Assembly: GCA_012295275.1 (NCBI GenBank)
Contig: CM022671.1
Coordinates: forward strand, 11,470,001-11,534,000
DNA length: 64,000 bases
Source: Chrysomallon squamiferum
Taxonomy: Eukaryota > Animalia > Mollusca
Direction: 5' to 3'
The notes below the pieces were generated by a model, which was given only the letters and a program-made list of their open reading frames with translations, had not been told where the DNA came from and ran no database searches. Made by a program: the position numbers and the translations under genes. This document shows positions 35,634 to 51,565 of the stretch, in pieces. Within the stretch, counting starts at the first letter, position 1. Each line of letters begins with the position of its first letter.

Positions 35634-37267
35634 CACACGTTTATAGTATATTTTAATATATATATATATATACAGACACACACACACGTGTTTTTATTTG
35701 CTGTTTCGTGCGTGCTATTCATTTATTTACATACAATGAATATAACAAATAATAATGAAACGTATGAACAGAAAATGGATAAATTTAATTAACTTTAATG
35801 AAAAAATTTCATTTTCTCTGCTTTCTTTCCTTTTTGTTTTTTTCGGGGAAGGCAAAGGACTGTTATATTTTGAATGCTTGTTTTTTCCAGGTTAGAGGCG
35901 TTTACATAAGAGTGTCTTACATAAACAGCTACATTCAAACTAGCAGATATTTAGAATACCAATATTTTTATTATGTCTTTTAAAATATATGCTGATTTCA
36001 TATCTAAGTATAATGGGTATTAAAAACGTAACTATTACCAGAGGCTGATATAAAAATTTCAAGAAGAAGCCCTCATTGCAATCCTTTCAGCATGAAATAA
36101 CTTTCGTTATACAGAACAACAATGGCCATCAAAAATGAAAGTAAAGCTGTGAGGTGTGCCAGGCTTGGAGCCGCACATTCTGCTTGCTGTGCTGTAAAAG
36201 AAAATCCTGGCTTGATCAGCTGCTGTTTGTAACGGGAAATGCTTTATCCTGGAAGAATGATTACTAAGACTGATTTAATTAACTACAATACCCTGATTTA
36301 CTGTCTCTGTGAATAAGCTGATTAATAACCAGATGAAAAAAGAGGTATGTCGTAATACATGAACTTAAATAACAATGCAGATGTCTTGTCTGATATATGG
36401 AAAGCAATATAATGATTATACACATTTTTAAATATTATTTACTTCGAACTTTTTTCTTCCCTTCTGTTCAGTCTGCCTTAAAGTTTTGTTATCATCTTTA
36501 AGTTTCTTTGAATCTTTTGTTATTCAGAATGTTTTCTGTCTCGATTATTCAATCTGAGTTTTCATACGTCTTCACGGAGCTGAATTAACACCGTTCATTG
36601 AAGTTAAGCTTTGCACAGTCATACCACATTTTTTCTGTTTCCTTTCATATCTGCGATCTTAGCTAAAAATTCGTCTCATTCTACACATTCTTGACCAGAG
36701 CCTTGTGAGCAATGAAGAGAGAATATCCTGAAACAACTCGGACTTACCGTCAAATTAGAAATACTTCTCGTCTGTAAACTTTCATGTTTCTAGTCTACTG
36801 GCTTCCATTTCCTCTGTTAATACTGTTACAGTTTTAAAAACTGACATTATTTTTCACCTGTATTTCAACTCGCTTAGTGCTTAAATTTCCGACTTTAGAG
36901 GTTACGGATCGCAGATTCCATGCTCCATATTCTTATTTCCTATTCTAGGAAATGTTCCGTGTCTGGTTTAACAAGCCAGTGATGTATGCATTTCTGCTTT
37001 GTTAAGATATGTATAATAATATTATGCTCAGTAACAGTAAACTATCATACGATGATAGTTTTAAAAACTGACATTATTTTTCAACATTATTTTTCATCAT
37101 CTAGAAGCGTATGACTGATAATGTAATAACTATTGATATTAAAATATTTCCTTAAACCCAGATTTATTCATTTCTATGTAACATAATTATAATCTATGCA
37201 GCAGTTATTTTTTATTTTACCTAATATAAGTACATGTGTTTGTATGTATCTGATTTGTATGCGTTTG

Positions 37268-37303
<36 letters not shown>

Positions 37304-38617
37304 GAGTGTGTGTTATGGTTCATAAAACATTCTTTTCATTTCACAGAAATGATAATTAAGTTGGTGTACAGCGTGTGTCAGGATGATGTTGAATATGATG
37401 GATGAATATGCCGCTGCTCGTTAATTGCTTGCTTAATTTTGTTGTACAAGAAGCTTGGATAAAGCAATAACGTTCATACCGTAATTACACAGTTTTTAAA
37501 AATATTTTTCTCATTAATTTTTTTCTTTGTAAAAATAAAATTTAGGAAAAAGCTTTAATGAATACTGTCTGCAGAAATGTATTTTTGATGTAGATGTTAA
37601 CAGGCTAAATGGTCTGATTAGCTGAAAAACAATAAGTACGAAAAAAAAAGTAATTTTGAAGTGGATATAAATTTTATATATAGATTTAAGAATTTGATGA
37701 ATGCCACAAAACTCCCACATAAACCAAAAAAAAAAAAATAATAATAATAAAATAAATAATCAAACAAAACTTCAAAAAAAAAAAAAAAAAAAACTTAAAA
37801 TAATAATAATAATAATAATAATATTAATAATAATAATAAGACTTTTTTTTTTTTTTTTTTTTTTTTTAAATATTGCTGACAATGTAGGAGTATTAGAAAA
37901 GATAATCAGAGGTAACAGAAAAAGAAGGGTTTATATAAATAATAAAAAGAGAAAAATACGAACCAAAATGAAACTTGTAACGAGAAGAAAAAAAAAAAAA
38001 AAATTAAAAATTAACAAAATAACCACAGCTTGAAACAAATTATCACTGACAACACCTCCCAAATGTTGTAAAAATTTGTTCAGGTATAAACTATCCATCA
38101 TCATAAAAGGCCTCTAAATACACAAATTAAAATGTTTGTCTGAGCGGAGGAATCTACTAAGTCTGCATCAAGTCGGTGTTAGCGTCATTACTTTTCCTTT
38201 TCGCTGTGTTCAAAGTACGTGCAGGTGAACAGAATTATATGTAGAATTTGGAGAATTCATTAGCCCACGTGTCTTTTCAGACGTAAAGAAGAGCACAGCT
38301 CAGAATGTGTTAGGTGTTTCATTTTTATCTAAGAAAGATATATAACAGTAAAAAGTGAAAATGTAGTATGCCAGTTACAATTTCAATACGGATCATGATT
38401 TCAAGGATGTATAAAAAGATCCATCGTTTAAGTTTTCACGGTAAAGTATTTAAAATGTTGTTATAATGTTACTGTGTCAGATGAATGTGTTTATGATAAA
38501 GTGTAATAATGATTTCCGCTGTCATTAAATTTAAGGAAGTAAAAATAGTTGTGTATTTTAGATCGCTAATTAATTAATGGATTAAATGATTTATTATTAT
38601 TATTATTATTATTGTTA

Positions 38618-38672
<55 letters not shown>

Positions 38673-39542
38673 GTATGCGAGTCTTAAATATTTATTTTCG
38701 TGATAAAGAAAAAGTTTCACTAAATCTCACTTGATGAGTTTCTAATAGATATATTGATTATAATTATCACAGATATTGATTGTAAGTCGTATTCTATTTA
38801 TTACTCTAAACAACAGATTTCCAACCTTTTCAGTATTGCGTATCGCAACTGATAAACCAATCAGAATTTTTAATCACTTAAGCTCTACAATTTGTTACCA
38901 CTGTGTTTTTCATCTTTCAAGAAAGAACAGAATTATAATCAGGGTATTGCTGCATGATCACATTCTCTAAATAAGATTTTCAAATTTTATTTAATTATAT
39001 AAATCAGAGAGATTTTAATTGACAAATGGAAAGAAAATAATAAGGATAAAAATATAAATACGAATGCTTCATTCTGACCACAGTTTATGAGTGAACTTCT
39101 TTTACATTAAACTTACTATAAATCAGTCGGTCTAGTATTTAATATTAGAAATAAGTTTTGTCTTGAGGCACTTCATGCCAGTCATAATGTTTATGTTTTA
39201 GTGAAAATGAAACACGACTTTTCAGTTCAATTTTCCCGGCCTGATGTGTCAAAACTTCTCTCTCCCGAGTTTCATATTAATTTAGCATTTTACTGTTGGC
39301 AATAAAATAGGCGGTAAGGCAACTCTGAACTAATAGAATAGAATTGTTTGCCCTACCAAACAAACATTTATTTAAGTCAGCCTACTTTTTAAGAAAAGGT
39401 CAGCACTTCGAGTGTAAAACCAGTATTGAGGAATGTCTATTAACCATTTCTTCATGATATCCGAACTTGTTTAATGCAGAAATTGCGTTTCTGAACAGTT
39501 TGAATCTCATGCCTTGAGTCAGTAAATTGTTCTACTATTTTA

Positions 39543-39605
<63 letters not shown>

Positions 39606-40653
39606 CTCTGTGAAGTTACCTTAAAGAATTAAATTATTTTATTTTGCTGTATTGCAAAAGAGGCTTTATTTTGATTCTTTGAAAACACATTCTGATTATC
39701 TGTCATTAAAGTGGTAACGATTCTTTTTTTGAGAAAATTTGCTTCAAGGATTTACAAAGATCATGAAAATGCATCATATGATCAGATGAAAAACATGAAG
39801 CCATTAATTTTAATATTTTTTTAAAAAAAGAAGTAAAAAGTAAGTTTAGGTAAGTAATAAATCTTGTTAAACCACATCATTTTGCCAGCATACACTTATT
39901 ACGAAAAAATGTGGAAAATGTAGAAAAAAAGAAAAGAAAAATAACCTTAATGAAGCTGTTGGTATCTTATATTCTCTTTTCTTGTCTTTTTATTTGTTTT
40001 TTATTTTTTAATTTACTTTTATATTTGTTATTTGTTTACACATTTGTTGCTTACATCTGAGGCGTAACAAAATGAAAATACTAAAGACATCATTACGTCA
40101 CTAAACTGGCAAGTGACGGTAATAAAGCACATGCGATGGTAGTTTTGGAAGTTTGGTCGAGAGAGAGAGCAGTCATACAAAAATACGAACCTCATGCCTT
40201 TTCGAAAGACTGAAACAATTTAACATGGCTGTTTTATTTGTTATCTGAATGTTAACTTGTCTGACTAGTTACCTCTTACTCTTTGAAAAGGGGTATTACT
40301 GTCTTGGACATTTTATTTGAGCAATGTTTAATATACTGAATATGGAAATTATACCTTTCAGCGTGGGTCCATGTGTCCTTTGATATTAAACTTTCTTCTT
40401 CTGAATACTCACCTAGTGAATGCGCCATAAACTAGATTGTTAATGTTTACGTACTTACACACAAGCATGCATAATCACTAGGATGTTTTATGTTTTAGTT
40501 TGTTATAAAGCTGTCACTGTTATTTGCATTCTTTTGGCAATTTCATTTATTTTCGATTTCCTATTAAAAAGAAATTTTTTGTTGTTTTTAAACTGTTTAT
40601 TTCTTTTCAGATATTTACATTATCTAAAAAGAGTTTTGTATGATCAATTGTTT

Positions 40654-40744
<91 letters not shown>

Positions 40745-41013
40745 ATGCATAAATTATTATTATAGTGATCATTATTGTAAACGTAATGTACAAGTCTGTA
40801 GACCAAAACATTAATTTATAGTTTGTTGTTTCAGGGGAAACAACTCTGTGTATCTTCTCTTTTTTTTTCAGGCTAAAGCTCGCGATTTTGAATTCTTATT
40901 TTGAAAGCAAGTGTTCTTAGTAAATATTTTATTTTAATTTTCAAATTTACATAACGTTACTTGTATTTAAAGGGGAAAACGATGGGTTCCCGCTACCTTC
41001 TACAGAGGACGAG

Positions 41014-41164
41014 ATGAGACATTTCGATGAAGAAGTGTTTGTAGGATCAGAAGTTCTCCGGGTAGAAACCATGCCGAGTCCGCGATGTGAGAGATCGCGC
41101 TCTCGCTCTGCACCCGAATTTAGCGGTTTTACGTGTTTGAGAGCGAAGCTGCAGAAGATCCCTG
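41014..41164 (+). CDS. Candidate alternative first or cassette coding exon (MRHFDEEVF..LQKIP) of the FGD-like gene
   Basis: CpG-rich open frame with donor CTG|GTAAAA in phase 1. The frame is also open back to a possible phase-1 acceptor at 40972, and a stronger acceptor lies at 40871. Confidence 0.6.
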
Positions 41165-41255
41165 GTAAAAATTCGAACATTTATTATTATTTAACTATAG
41201 TAGTAACTGTGAACATTAAATGATCTTTATTTTTTTTTAAATTTAATTTAAAAAA

Positions 41256-41318
<63 letters not shown>

Positions 41319-42456
41319 GCCAGGTCTGGTTTTAGCATATTCATGATATTGTTATTATATTGGCATATTGCTTAGATTATTATTCAAATTAAATTAATTT
41401 TTATATTAAGTTATCAATTAAGAATTTAAAGTAATAATAATAATTCTATTATTTCCGTCATCGTTATCATGATCATAATAATTTTTTTTTTTTTTTTTTA
41501 AATCTTTGCAAGTTTGCGTATAAAACATTTAAAACATCAATATTATTTGTTGATTTTATGACAAATATCAGATTTTCAAAATGATCTACCTGAACAAATT
41601 GTTTAGTTTCATTCAGAAAGAATGTTAAATAAGGTTATTTATTTATTGTATTGCCAAACAACGACGATCACACAAGAATCATTTTAACATTTTATTGGAT
41701 TTAAATGAAAAAACTTTACTTTTTGAAAATCAGTGGTATTTTCTGTTGTTGAATTTGAATGGTTTTATATTAATTTATTAGAAAAAATAAATTTTTAAAT
41801 TCTGTTACAAAATATATGATTATGAAATATTTTATAAGAAACTAAAACAGATATTTCTATTAAAAATATTGAAATTAATTTTTATTTTTTTTATTATTTA
41901 TGTTTTTAAGAACTTTTTGTTATCGTTGAAATATCTTCTGTTTAAAAATTGTAAACTGATTTTTGAATTATCTCTTTGGAGTCATTTTGTTAGCAAAGTG
42001 GAAATGTGTGTGTGTATGTGAATGTGTGTGTGCTGAAAACTATTTGCCCAATATGTCTAAATGTTTAGCAATGTTTTATCATATTCACTGATGCAAATTT
42101 ATTTATCTTTGAAAAAAAAGAAGACATCTGTTTTATCAGATTTATATGAATATAGATGTAAAATGGTTTTTAATCATTAATGTTTGTTAACTTAGACATT
42201 CTTCATCCTGTTAAAAAAAAAAAATTGCATTCCTTTACGATCATTAGCAGCAGTAAAAAACATGTTGCATGGCAGCTTATAACTAAAAGAAATGATTTAT
42301 TTTACTTTTGGCTGAGACGAGGTATTCTGAACATAATTATGTGAATAAACAAAGAATTTTTATGTATGTCCAGTATTTGGTGTTGTTAGGGTTTTTTAAG
42401 AAGACTTGTAATACTTTTTTTTTTTTTTCTTTTTTTAATGAATCTTGAATTAACTA

Positions 42457-42498
<42 letters not shown>

Positions 42499-45400
42499 TT
42501 TATGAATCTGGAATAAAAAACAAAAAACAAACTATAAGCAACAATAACAAAAAAAACAAGATCTTATCACAAACATTCATTTAGGAGTCTGCAATCAAAT
42601 GTTCAGACATTACACTGATTACTCACATTTAGCAGTGTGGGTCACAAATGACTAATAATGAAATTATGTGAAATTTATTTAATTGTTTCAGTACCATTAT
42701 ATGTGTTAGCTTTCCTTTGAACCTTCTTCTCTTTCTTTATTACTCTTTGGCTGCTGCTTTTTCTTTCACACATACCATACATACACAGAGAGTCACATTT
42801 AATATATGGTTATGTAAAATATTTTATATGTCTAAAAACTAGGTCTATAAGGTAAATTCTTAACATAAATTATTTCACTTTCTGTTTATAATGTTCTTGT
42901 AAGTTTGGTTTTTCAATGTTTGTACTTGTATGTGGCACATGCTACACATCAGGATTCAAGAATCCAGTTTACTCTGACATTCAGACATTGCTGTGCACAT
43001 ATCATCACATGCACATTTTCTGTGGCTACCATAGTTCTGCTACAATTACTGTCATCATTATTCATTTCCATGACTTGTCTGTTGTATTTGCCTGCTCTGT
43101 TTTCAGAATTGCTATAAAGATGAATGTTGGTGACTTTGTTTAGATTTGTATCCCTTTTCTTCAACCAATACTAATTTAACCTTTAACAACTTGGTAATGT
43201 AGGAGACCATAAAAAAAAAGAATATGTGTCACATTTGTTTTACTGTTGGCAATTATCATAATGCTAGTTTGTCAGTAATTTTTCCTGATACATCTATATC
43301 TATGTTTATTTTGTTATTGTTATTATATTTGCCTTTATTATGTTTATTATTCCATTTTCTAATTTTTTTTTCATTTTTCTTAATAATGTTATTGGTATTT
43401 TACTTATTTGCTTAGACAGTACTGCATGACTTTCAAATTTATTAAATTATTGTGTTATTATTGTGTTCTTAATTTTTATTACCACTGTACTTTAAATTAA
43501 TCATGTTTGACATTAAAAAAGTATTAAAACATTTTTTTTTTTTTTTTTTTTAAGTAAACATACCAAACATATTTCTCCTAGTGTGTATTATTGTTAGAAA
43601 TATTATTGTTTATTGTTATTAAACTAAGTTCAGTGTAATAAATGTAAATTTGTTTGTTTTATTCAAGCACATATCATTTTTATCTTTATTATTCAATATA
43701 TTAGGAAGTACACACTTAGATAATATAAGGTATACTTTAGTATGCACACCCACTCAACATAATTTATACAAATTACATAATCACTAGGTTTTGATTGTAA
43801 ACTATTTAATAATTCTGTATTAACCTTTAATGTTTCCAAAAAAAAGAATATACTTGTAAAATAATAATAATATTAATAATGATGATGATGATGATAATCA
43901 TAATCTAAAAGGAAACAAAAACACAAGAAGAAGCACAGCTTAAAATATTAATTTGAAAAAAGAGAATAAGGAAGTTTTTAAATGAAAGCATATTTTATGA
44001 GCATTTCGTAAAACTTAAAGTGCTGTTAAAATACGTACATATACTAAAGCTTGATCTCACACATAAAAATAGTGCAGTGGTTTTGTTTTTTTATTATTAA
44101 TATTGTTAATAATAAATAATACAGTAAATACAGTCTTAAATGTTTGTTTTGAAATTCAGTTTCATTGTGCAAACAAGGAAGGTTATTTTTAGGTATAAGT
44201 TAATATAGGTATAGATTAACATGCCATTTATGAGTAGTTGTGACATAATATAAATATTGAGTCATTTCAAAATATTTCCTGCATTTTGGTCTGCGGTACT
44301 GTTTCATAGATAACTAATTTTTATTTATATAACAGTTTTAGTTAGTCATCTTATTAGAACATAAGAAAACAGTTTCACCTGATTATTATATATTAGTGGG
44401 GTTTTTTGTGGTGTGAGGTTTGTTCATTTTATTTATTTATTATTGTTGTTGTTGTTTTATTTTAGTTTTTCATCATTTGCATTTAGTATTTTTATTTCAT
44501 GGCATTAGGCCTTAGGCAAAGTTTGACTTATTTCTTTTTATTACTAAACTGAGTATGAAATCAAATTTTTAATTTTTAATTGTTGATAAATAGAAATATT
44601 TAACTGAGTTACATTTTAGTTAAAAACTTGTTAGCCAAATGTACTCATTAAATTAAAAATTCTACTTAAATTATAAGACTATGAGATTGAAATAAGTCAA
44701 TTAAGACACATTTATTAATTTAAAGTGTAAATTTTTAATTGTAGATAAAATTAAAATTTTGAAAATATGTAATGTCAGTAGTTGTAAATCCTTTTCAGCA
44801 GAATTATTATGAGTTTTGAATATGCTATTTATTTCAACTACAGCTATATAATATTCAAATTTTATTTCATTTTAATTCTTTTGACAGACACTTAACTAAT
44901 ACATATTTATAGAAAAGCTTTTAACAAAGAAAAAGCCTAGTTGTGCTCTACCAATAGATATTTGAGTTATAAAACATTAAAATAATAACACAAGAGATAT
45001 AAGTGTTGGGCTGCACAAGTAGCAGGATAATCAATGAAAAATGTAATAACTTAATGAGGTATTACCAGCAGGGACCTGACATTTGTTTTACTTTTTAGCA
45101 TGATTTAACCTTCCATTGTTATCAGTCCTTGTATTTAACATGTAATAACATTTATTAGAGGGAAAAAAGAAGAAAAAAGAAATTGAAAACAATGTTACAT
45201 AAGTTTAAATCTATATTCCTTAATCAGTAATGATAGTATTTGATAATAAGAAATAACGGAATATATAAATAACTAAATACACCTTCATAAAATAAAAGGC
45301 CAAAGTACTCTATGAAGTACCTACTTGTTATATTCATTTTGCATTTGAGACAAAGACATTAATAAAATATGTGTCTGTGTCTTTGTGTGTTTTGTGCATG

Positions 45401-46413
45401 TAGAAAACAGCCATAAGTTATACTTTATTCTTGGATATTTTTTTTTATTCTTATCTTTTTAAATAACATCTTAATGTTGGTTACTTTTGGTTTGTATATT
45501 TATTATTATTATTATTTTTTTTTTTTTAAAGAAATAGTGCATTGAATTGTTTCTGTTTTGTTTTGAATGATGAACATAAATCACATGTTACTGACATTCA
45601 TCCATCCATTCACCCTATGACCTGTCATCTATTCACCCATACATCCCTCCAACTACATATAAAATCATTTAGAAAAAAGATTTAAATTGATGGAAACATA
45701 CAAAGAATATTAAAATTGTATTGTAAAAAAATATTAAAACACTGAAAATGTAGGATGGTATGTTATTGTGACTATACTTACATATGAACTGAATGAATAT
45801 TTAAACTTTGTGTACAATAACAAGGAGTGACATGCTATAGCAACTACATTGGTTGCTAACTAAAATACAGTTGTATCTCACTAATGTCATAAATAAAATT
45901 AATTCATAAATATTATATTGTCCAAAACTGTCCCCATTTGGATCTTGCAGAATTTGGTAACTTCTTATAGCAAATCCAAAATACTTCTTGTTTTAGGAAT
46001 ATTAATTATTTACATGCTGAAAGTATCACAGACTTGGGATTTCGGTTTACTTGAATTTTAATCTAAAATCAAATTAGATGAAATGAAGAAACAGACCATA
46101 GCTTCTTTCTGCTTGAATTTTATATTACGTTTTCTTTTGTTGGCATATTTATTGGCATGGTAACCCTCTGCTGCGAGTTTAATCAATATCTTGAAATATT
46201 TCACAGTTCTTTTCTTTATTAAATCTTTCATCAGCTTCTGTTCTTCTCATAGGGAGCAATAATCAATAATTTAATTGTTTAAGAGATAGGCTGTATTAAA
46301 AAGTATATTGTATGTGTTGGGGAAATATTGATCATTCATGAAGTGGAATATAATTATGCTGATTGTTTCTGTGTCATCTGAGATGACCTTGACCTCATGT
46401 GACAGACAGATGG

Positions 46414-46519
46414 ATGCAGGCACACATGCAGGGAGATGAGAGAGTAAATTGCAGAGCAATGTTCTGCTCGTGCAGAGGAGAATCACAGAAGGGGGTGGCT
46501 GCCTCAACATGTCACTGGG
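46414..46519 (+). CDS. Candidate alternative first coding exon (MQAHMQGDERVNCRAMFCSCR..CHW)
   Basis: GC-richer island, 35 open codons, donor GGG|GTAAGA in phase 1. Confidence 0.4.
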
Positions 46520-47024
46520 GTAAGATCAATAATGTTACAGAAACGATGCTGAGACTTTCCCACTGATCCTTTTGTCTGCTAGGCCAAGGATTAGTGCAGC
46601 TGCTTTGTAGATGACTAGGCCAAATACTGCTCTTTGACAATTGCTTTATCCTCACCTAGGATGAAAATTGCTATGACTGGTGTGTACTGTTTTGTTGATA
46701 TCCAAAAATATTTGTGCTTTGGAACAGTATTATTAATATTTTAATAACTGTTTTTGTTATAATTTATATAAATATAATTATTTTGTTCTGGTTTATTGCA
46801 TGTGTAAAATCTCATTCATTGTTATAGTACTAGTTTACACACTCCTAATAAGAGATTTATTTCAGTGTTTGATTCAAGTATTTGTTACTGTCTTTGAGAT
46901 TAGAAATTTTATCCATGCTTCATCTAATGTTTCTGATGTGGTGCACTTATTTTTCAAAATAATACTTGAGAGAATAATCAATATTTATTTCCTGCTATTA
47001 TAGAATTCTGTATGTGTCTGTACG

Positions 47025-47069
<45 letters not shown>

Positions 47070-50000
47070 TCTTTGCTTTTAATTAACCTAAAAATTTTTA
47101 GGATTAAAATAGTTTTATGCTAATGACACATATTGAGATAGATGTTACTAACAATTACGTTTTGGGGCCACAAATTCAAACCAGAATAAAATCATTTAAA
47201 ATAAATAGCTGTTTAGTATCCCCTCACTAGATAGAATCACTGGATATATTTCTTTTTGACATTGTCAGGAACATCACATGAAATAAAATATATAATACCA
47301 GCCTTTTGTATTTCCACTTCAAGGTAGAGAGGAATATTTTAATTTTGGCTTTTCAAAAGTATTTTCACTAGATCTGTCTGCTATCTTTGTATGAAGTAAC
47401 TATGGTGACAAATCATCCTGCCACCATTATGATTCATAATGACCTACAAGTTTAGTTTTTAAGATGTTATAATAGTTCTTTGTCAATGCTTTATTATGTT
47501 TTTTCTGGTTTATTTCTTTCCAGTTACGGGTGACGTTCTTTAAACCATTTGAATAAGGAAGTAAAAATGTTTCTGTTTCAGTTTATGTAGGAAAATAATT
47601 AACATGTCACTCAGCTTTCTAAATAGTTGACAGAATTTTACCAAGTGAACAGAAATACCACTTTTTGAAGTGAGAGCAATCCTGCTTAAAATAAAACAAG
47701 TGAAACTCATATTTTTCAACAAGATCTCTCAAGGAATGGGGTTTGCTACACCTCTCTAAATGATAGTGGAGTTTTCACAGTAGTATTTTCAGTGAAGAAA
47801 GATTTATAAGGTAATTCACTTCCTTGTAACACATCAGAGCAACCTTTCTGAAACATCAGTTGAAATCATATAGGTTGGATTGTCTTTGTTTTATGTGTGT
47901 AGAGTTGTTGAAATAAAAATATTACTAACCTTTTCAACTGATTATAAGAGCATTCTGTGTTTTCAAAAAGTATTCTTGATTTTAATAGAGTGCTACTGGA
48001 TTAGAATATTTTAAAATTTCATCAAATTTTAAAAATGCATTTTACACTCAAGTTGTCTGAGTAGCTTACAAATAAGACAAAAATTATAATAACTATCTGT
48101 TTCATATGAAACTATATGCACTGTATTTTTAATGTCGAAGAAGAGAATATTGTGAACATAAAGCTCTATCTAATCAGTAAAGCAAGCACTTTATTAAACA
48201 AAAATTTTAAATTTATTTTTACATAAAGTTAAGTTTTCTTTGCTGGTTGAATAAAATGCAACCACACATGCAGTTCAGAATGAAGGAATTTTAAATAATA
48301 TATATATATATAGATTTAAAAACTGAATACATTTTGTTCTTAATGTTATTAAGGTGTCAAACACATAAAAATATGAATTTGAAAAACAAAACAAAAACAA
48401 AAACCTATCATGGTGGGCTCCATGTATGGATTAACACCATTTATTCACACACTTTACTACATAATTATAACAACAGATATATCACAGGGCCTCAGGCTGG
48501 GATGAAATTTACTAAATGAACATTGCAGTTTAAAAGGGACATTTCTTGGAAGAAATAAAAACAGTGTCTGGTCTCTAATTAAAAGTGTATGTGTGTGTTC
48601 CAGCCTGTCTCTGACTCTCTCTTTCTCTGACCTTTTGTTATACTCAGCCTGTCCTTTTGAAAACAAACAACTCAAGTGTGCCCACTGTTGATGGACTCCC
48701 GGGAATCTGGTAGAACTCCCAGTTTGTCTAAAGGCTAAATGTGGTTCAGTGGTCTTATTGACATGCTTGGTTTTACCTCAGTCATTATAATGAACTGTTT
48801 CAGATTATTTGGAAAGCAATTATTATTGTATAAGTACAGTAATATTTTGCTTAATCATAACCTGCTTTAACAATCTTTTTTCTTTACAAATTATATAAAG
48901 AGAAATTTAATAGTTAATTGCTCGAAATAAATGATACAAATGGATACAATGCATGTGTTTAAGTCTGTTTTCGTTTGTTTTTCGTTCATTCATAAGCTTC
49001 TCTCAGCTGTGTTGATCAGTTGACACATCATACATACATCTGATACTCTGATTCTCTTTTCTCTTCTGCATCGATTTAGACTTAAACTCATTTGTAATTT
49101 ACCCTTCCAATATGTCAAAATGAATAACAGTATACCAGAAAATGCTGATGATAAAAAGAAATGGACGACAATAACTTTAGAAACCAAATACATTATCTTA
49201 AATGAAACCAAAACCCACAAAAATGAACCCACAATGAGCGGCATACAATTATTTCTTAATGTATTTGTATAAATTGATTTGTAAATGATTTACTGTTTAC
49301 TTAATATCTATAATCTATTAAATCATTTATGTCTAAACTGCCGTTTTATTTCTCCTTATTTCACCTTTTTTTTATTTTTATGTCACATTTCATCAGCTTT
49401 TAACCGTAAATCTATGTAAATTAGTCTCCCACTTAACTATCGGAAATTTGGAACCAACTACATCTTTAATCTGAGGTATTATTGTAGTGTGGATATCGCT
49501 TATCGTATAAAGTATGCAAATATAACAAATATCAAAATAATCTATGTATCGAATATAGTGAATGTAAATAATTAAAAAAGAAGGTATTCATCTGAAAGTA
49601 TTCCCAATGATTTGGTCCTTCATATAAACTTTTTCAGTCATAACCAAAGTATTTGCAGGTCATAATATCTTTAGGGTACATACTATTAATATACTATGTC
49701 ACATATAAGGTATAATATGTGCACAATGTGAATATGTATGTGTGCATAATGTAAATATGCTGAGTAACATATGTCTTGAACATGTTTAAGCTGAATATGG
49801 TTGAATTCGAACAGTTAATGATAAATGTAATGTTCAAATATTCTATTTACTGAATATAAGTAAATTACTTGTATGTAAAATAAGATTTTTTTAAAAATTA
49901 TATTGTTGAATAAAATTAGTTATTTATAATAATATTTGTCATTTTCTTTTACAGTAGCAAGCCATGAGAATTAAAAAAAACGTGCCACTTTTTTCTTTTC

Positions 50001-50804
50001 TTTTATTCTTTTCGTTTTTTTTCTCTTTTTTTTAAATAGATGAAATTGATGTAAAATTGTTTATTATTGGTCAGTTGTTTTGTAACGGAAAGGAAATGTT
50101 TATGAATTAGAAATGACCAGGTTAAATAGTAATAATTATAATAATAATAATAATAATAGTAATAATAAGAATATGAATAAGAATAAGAATACGAATAATA
50201 ATAACGATAATAATAATAACAACAACAATAATAATAACAGTAATAATATTATAATAATAATGTTGATGATGATGATAATGAGGAGGAGGAAGATGATGTT
50301 GATAATAATAAAAAAGTAAAAAATCTACAACAAAAGTGAATGCTTATTCTGCTTTCGTTTGATATTACATAATCGATTTAGGAACAATACACTCCACCTC
50401 TGAATGGTAGAAAGAAACCAGATGTATGTACAGGCCAAGTTCATTATATACAGAGGTAATCAGGTATTGTGGAGGTTGAGTTTTTTCTACAAAATGGGAA
50501 TTAGACAAACTGGGAATTCTATCAGATGGGAAGACACCCTGTTGACATGGCTTTGTTTGGTCAGCACACCGTGATATTTAATGTGATAGCCTTGACTGCA
50601 CAAACAGTTTGTGAGATGACGTTAAATATGTCTGCTTATTACAGTAGTGTGTGTCACTTTGCTGTTGTTAAATACCTGTCACTGTTAACTCAGCTGATTT
50701 ATTTTACTGTATATTGCTGGGATAGAGCTACCTATCCATGTACCTGGATTTTACCTGTCTGGGTCTACATATAAAAGAAGATGTCCACTAAGTATCATCT
50801 ATGG

Positions 50805-51299
50805 CACTGGTTTTCAACCTTTTTCATACTGTGACCCCTTATGACCTAATATGTCCAAGGACCCCTTTAAAAATTTTGATTCAATAATATGTAGGATTAC
50901 CATATTTTCATCAACCAAAGACAGTACAAAAGGAATCTGTATTCACTATGACGGGTCCCAAACCTATCTACACATTTTTATTTATTCCTCTTTCCAAGGC
51001 AAGTTGAAAACGTCTAAAACATTACCTCACTCAAGAATGATTTTTTGAACAAACCATTCAAGACATTATATAAATTAGACCTACTGTTAAATTTGTTTTA
51101 CCCACATTTTCACAAACAAAAATCAAAAGAAATTTTGTATTGGTCTGCCATATCTTTAGTCTTTTTTCTTCTCACAATTATTCTATAAAGTGTACCTGTA
51201 TTGATATAAATAAATACATTTAGCAAATAATGAAATATGACAGGAATATTGTATCATTTTAATACATAGATTTATCGGGGGGTGGGTTGAAGACCCCTG
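50805..51299. mobile_element. hAT-like non-autonomous DNA transposon remnant
   Basis: Imperfect 15-bp TIRs (CACTGGTTTTCAACC / GGTTGAAGACCCCTG, 12 of 15 matching) with internal GACCCC sub-repeats. No target-site duplication recognisable. Confidence 0.5.
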
Positions 51300-51565
51300 A
51301 AATACCAAATTATTTTACAATTATTCTATGTAAAATATCAGCTTCATTTGTTTTTAAAAAGCCACTGATGTTAGTTAAGCAGATAAACCTGAGATATTTA
51401 TTATCTACCATTAAGATTGCATCGAAATGAATGATAATGTTGTTTTTTCTTTCTTTTTTGTATTTTTCTTTTTTTCATTCATATATCTGTGTCTATTTTC
51501 CACCTGTATAGAGCCATGTAAATAAATCTGCAGTACTGATATTATTTATCTCATAAATCATTTTT

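Noticed and set aside
35028-35722. ORFs rich in CVCV, RERE and HTHT (also at 27938, 28266-28830, 37196-38033, 40483-40806, 50113 and 59613)
   Set aside because: Translations of microsatellites.
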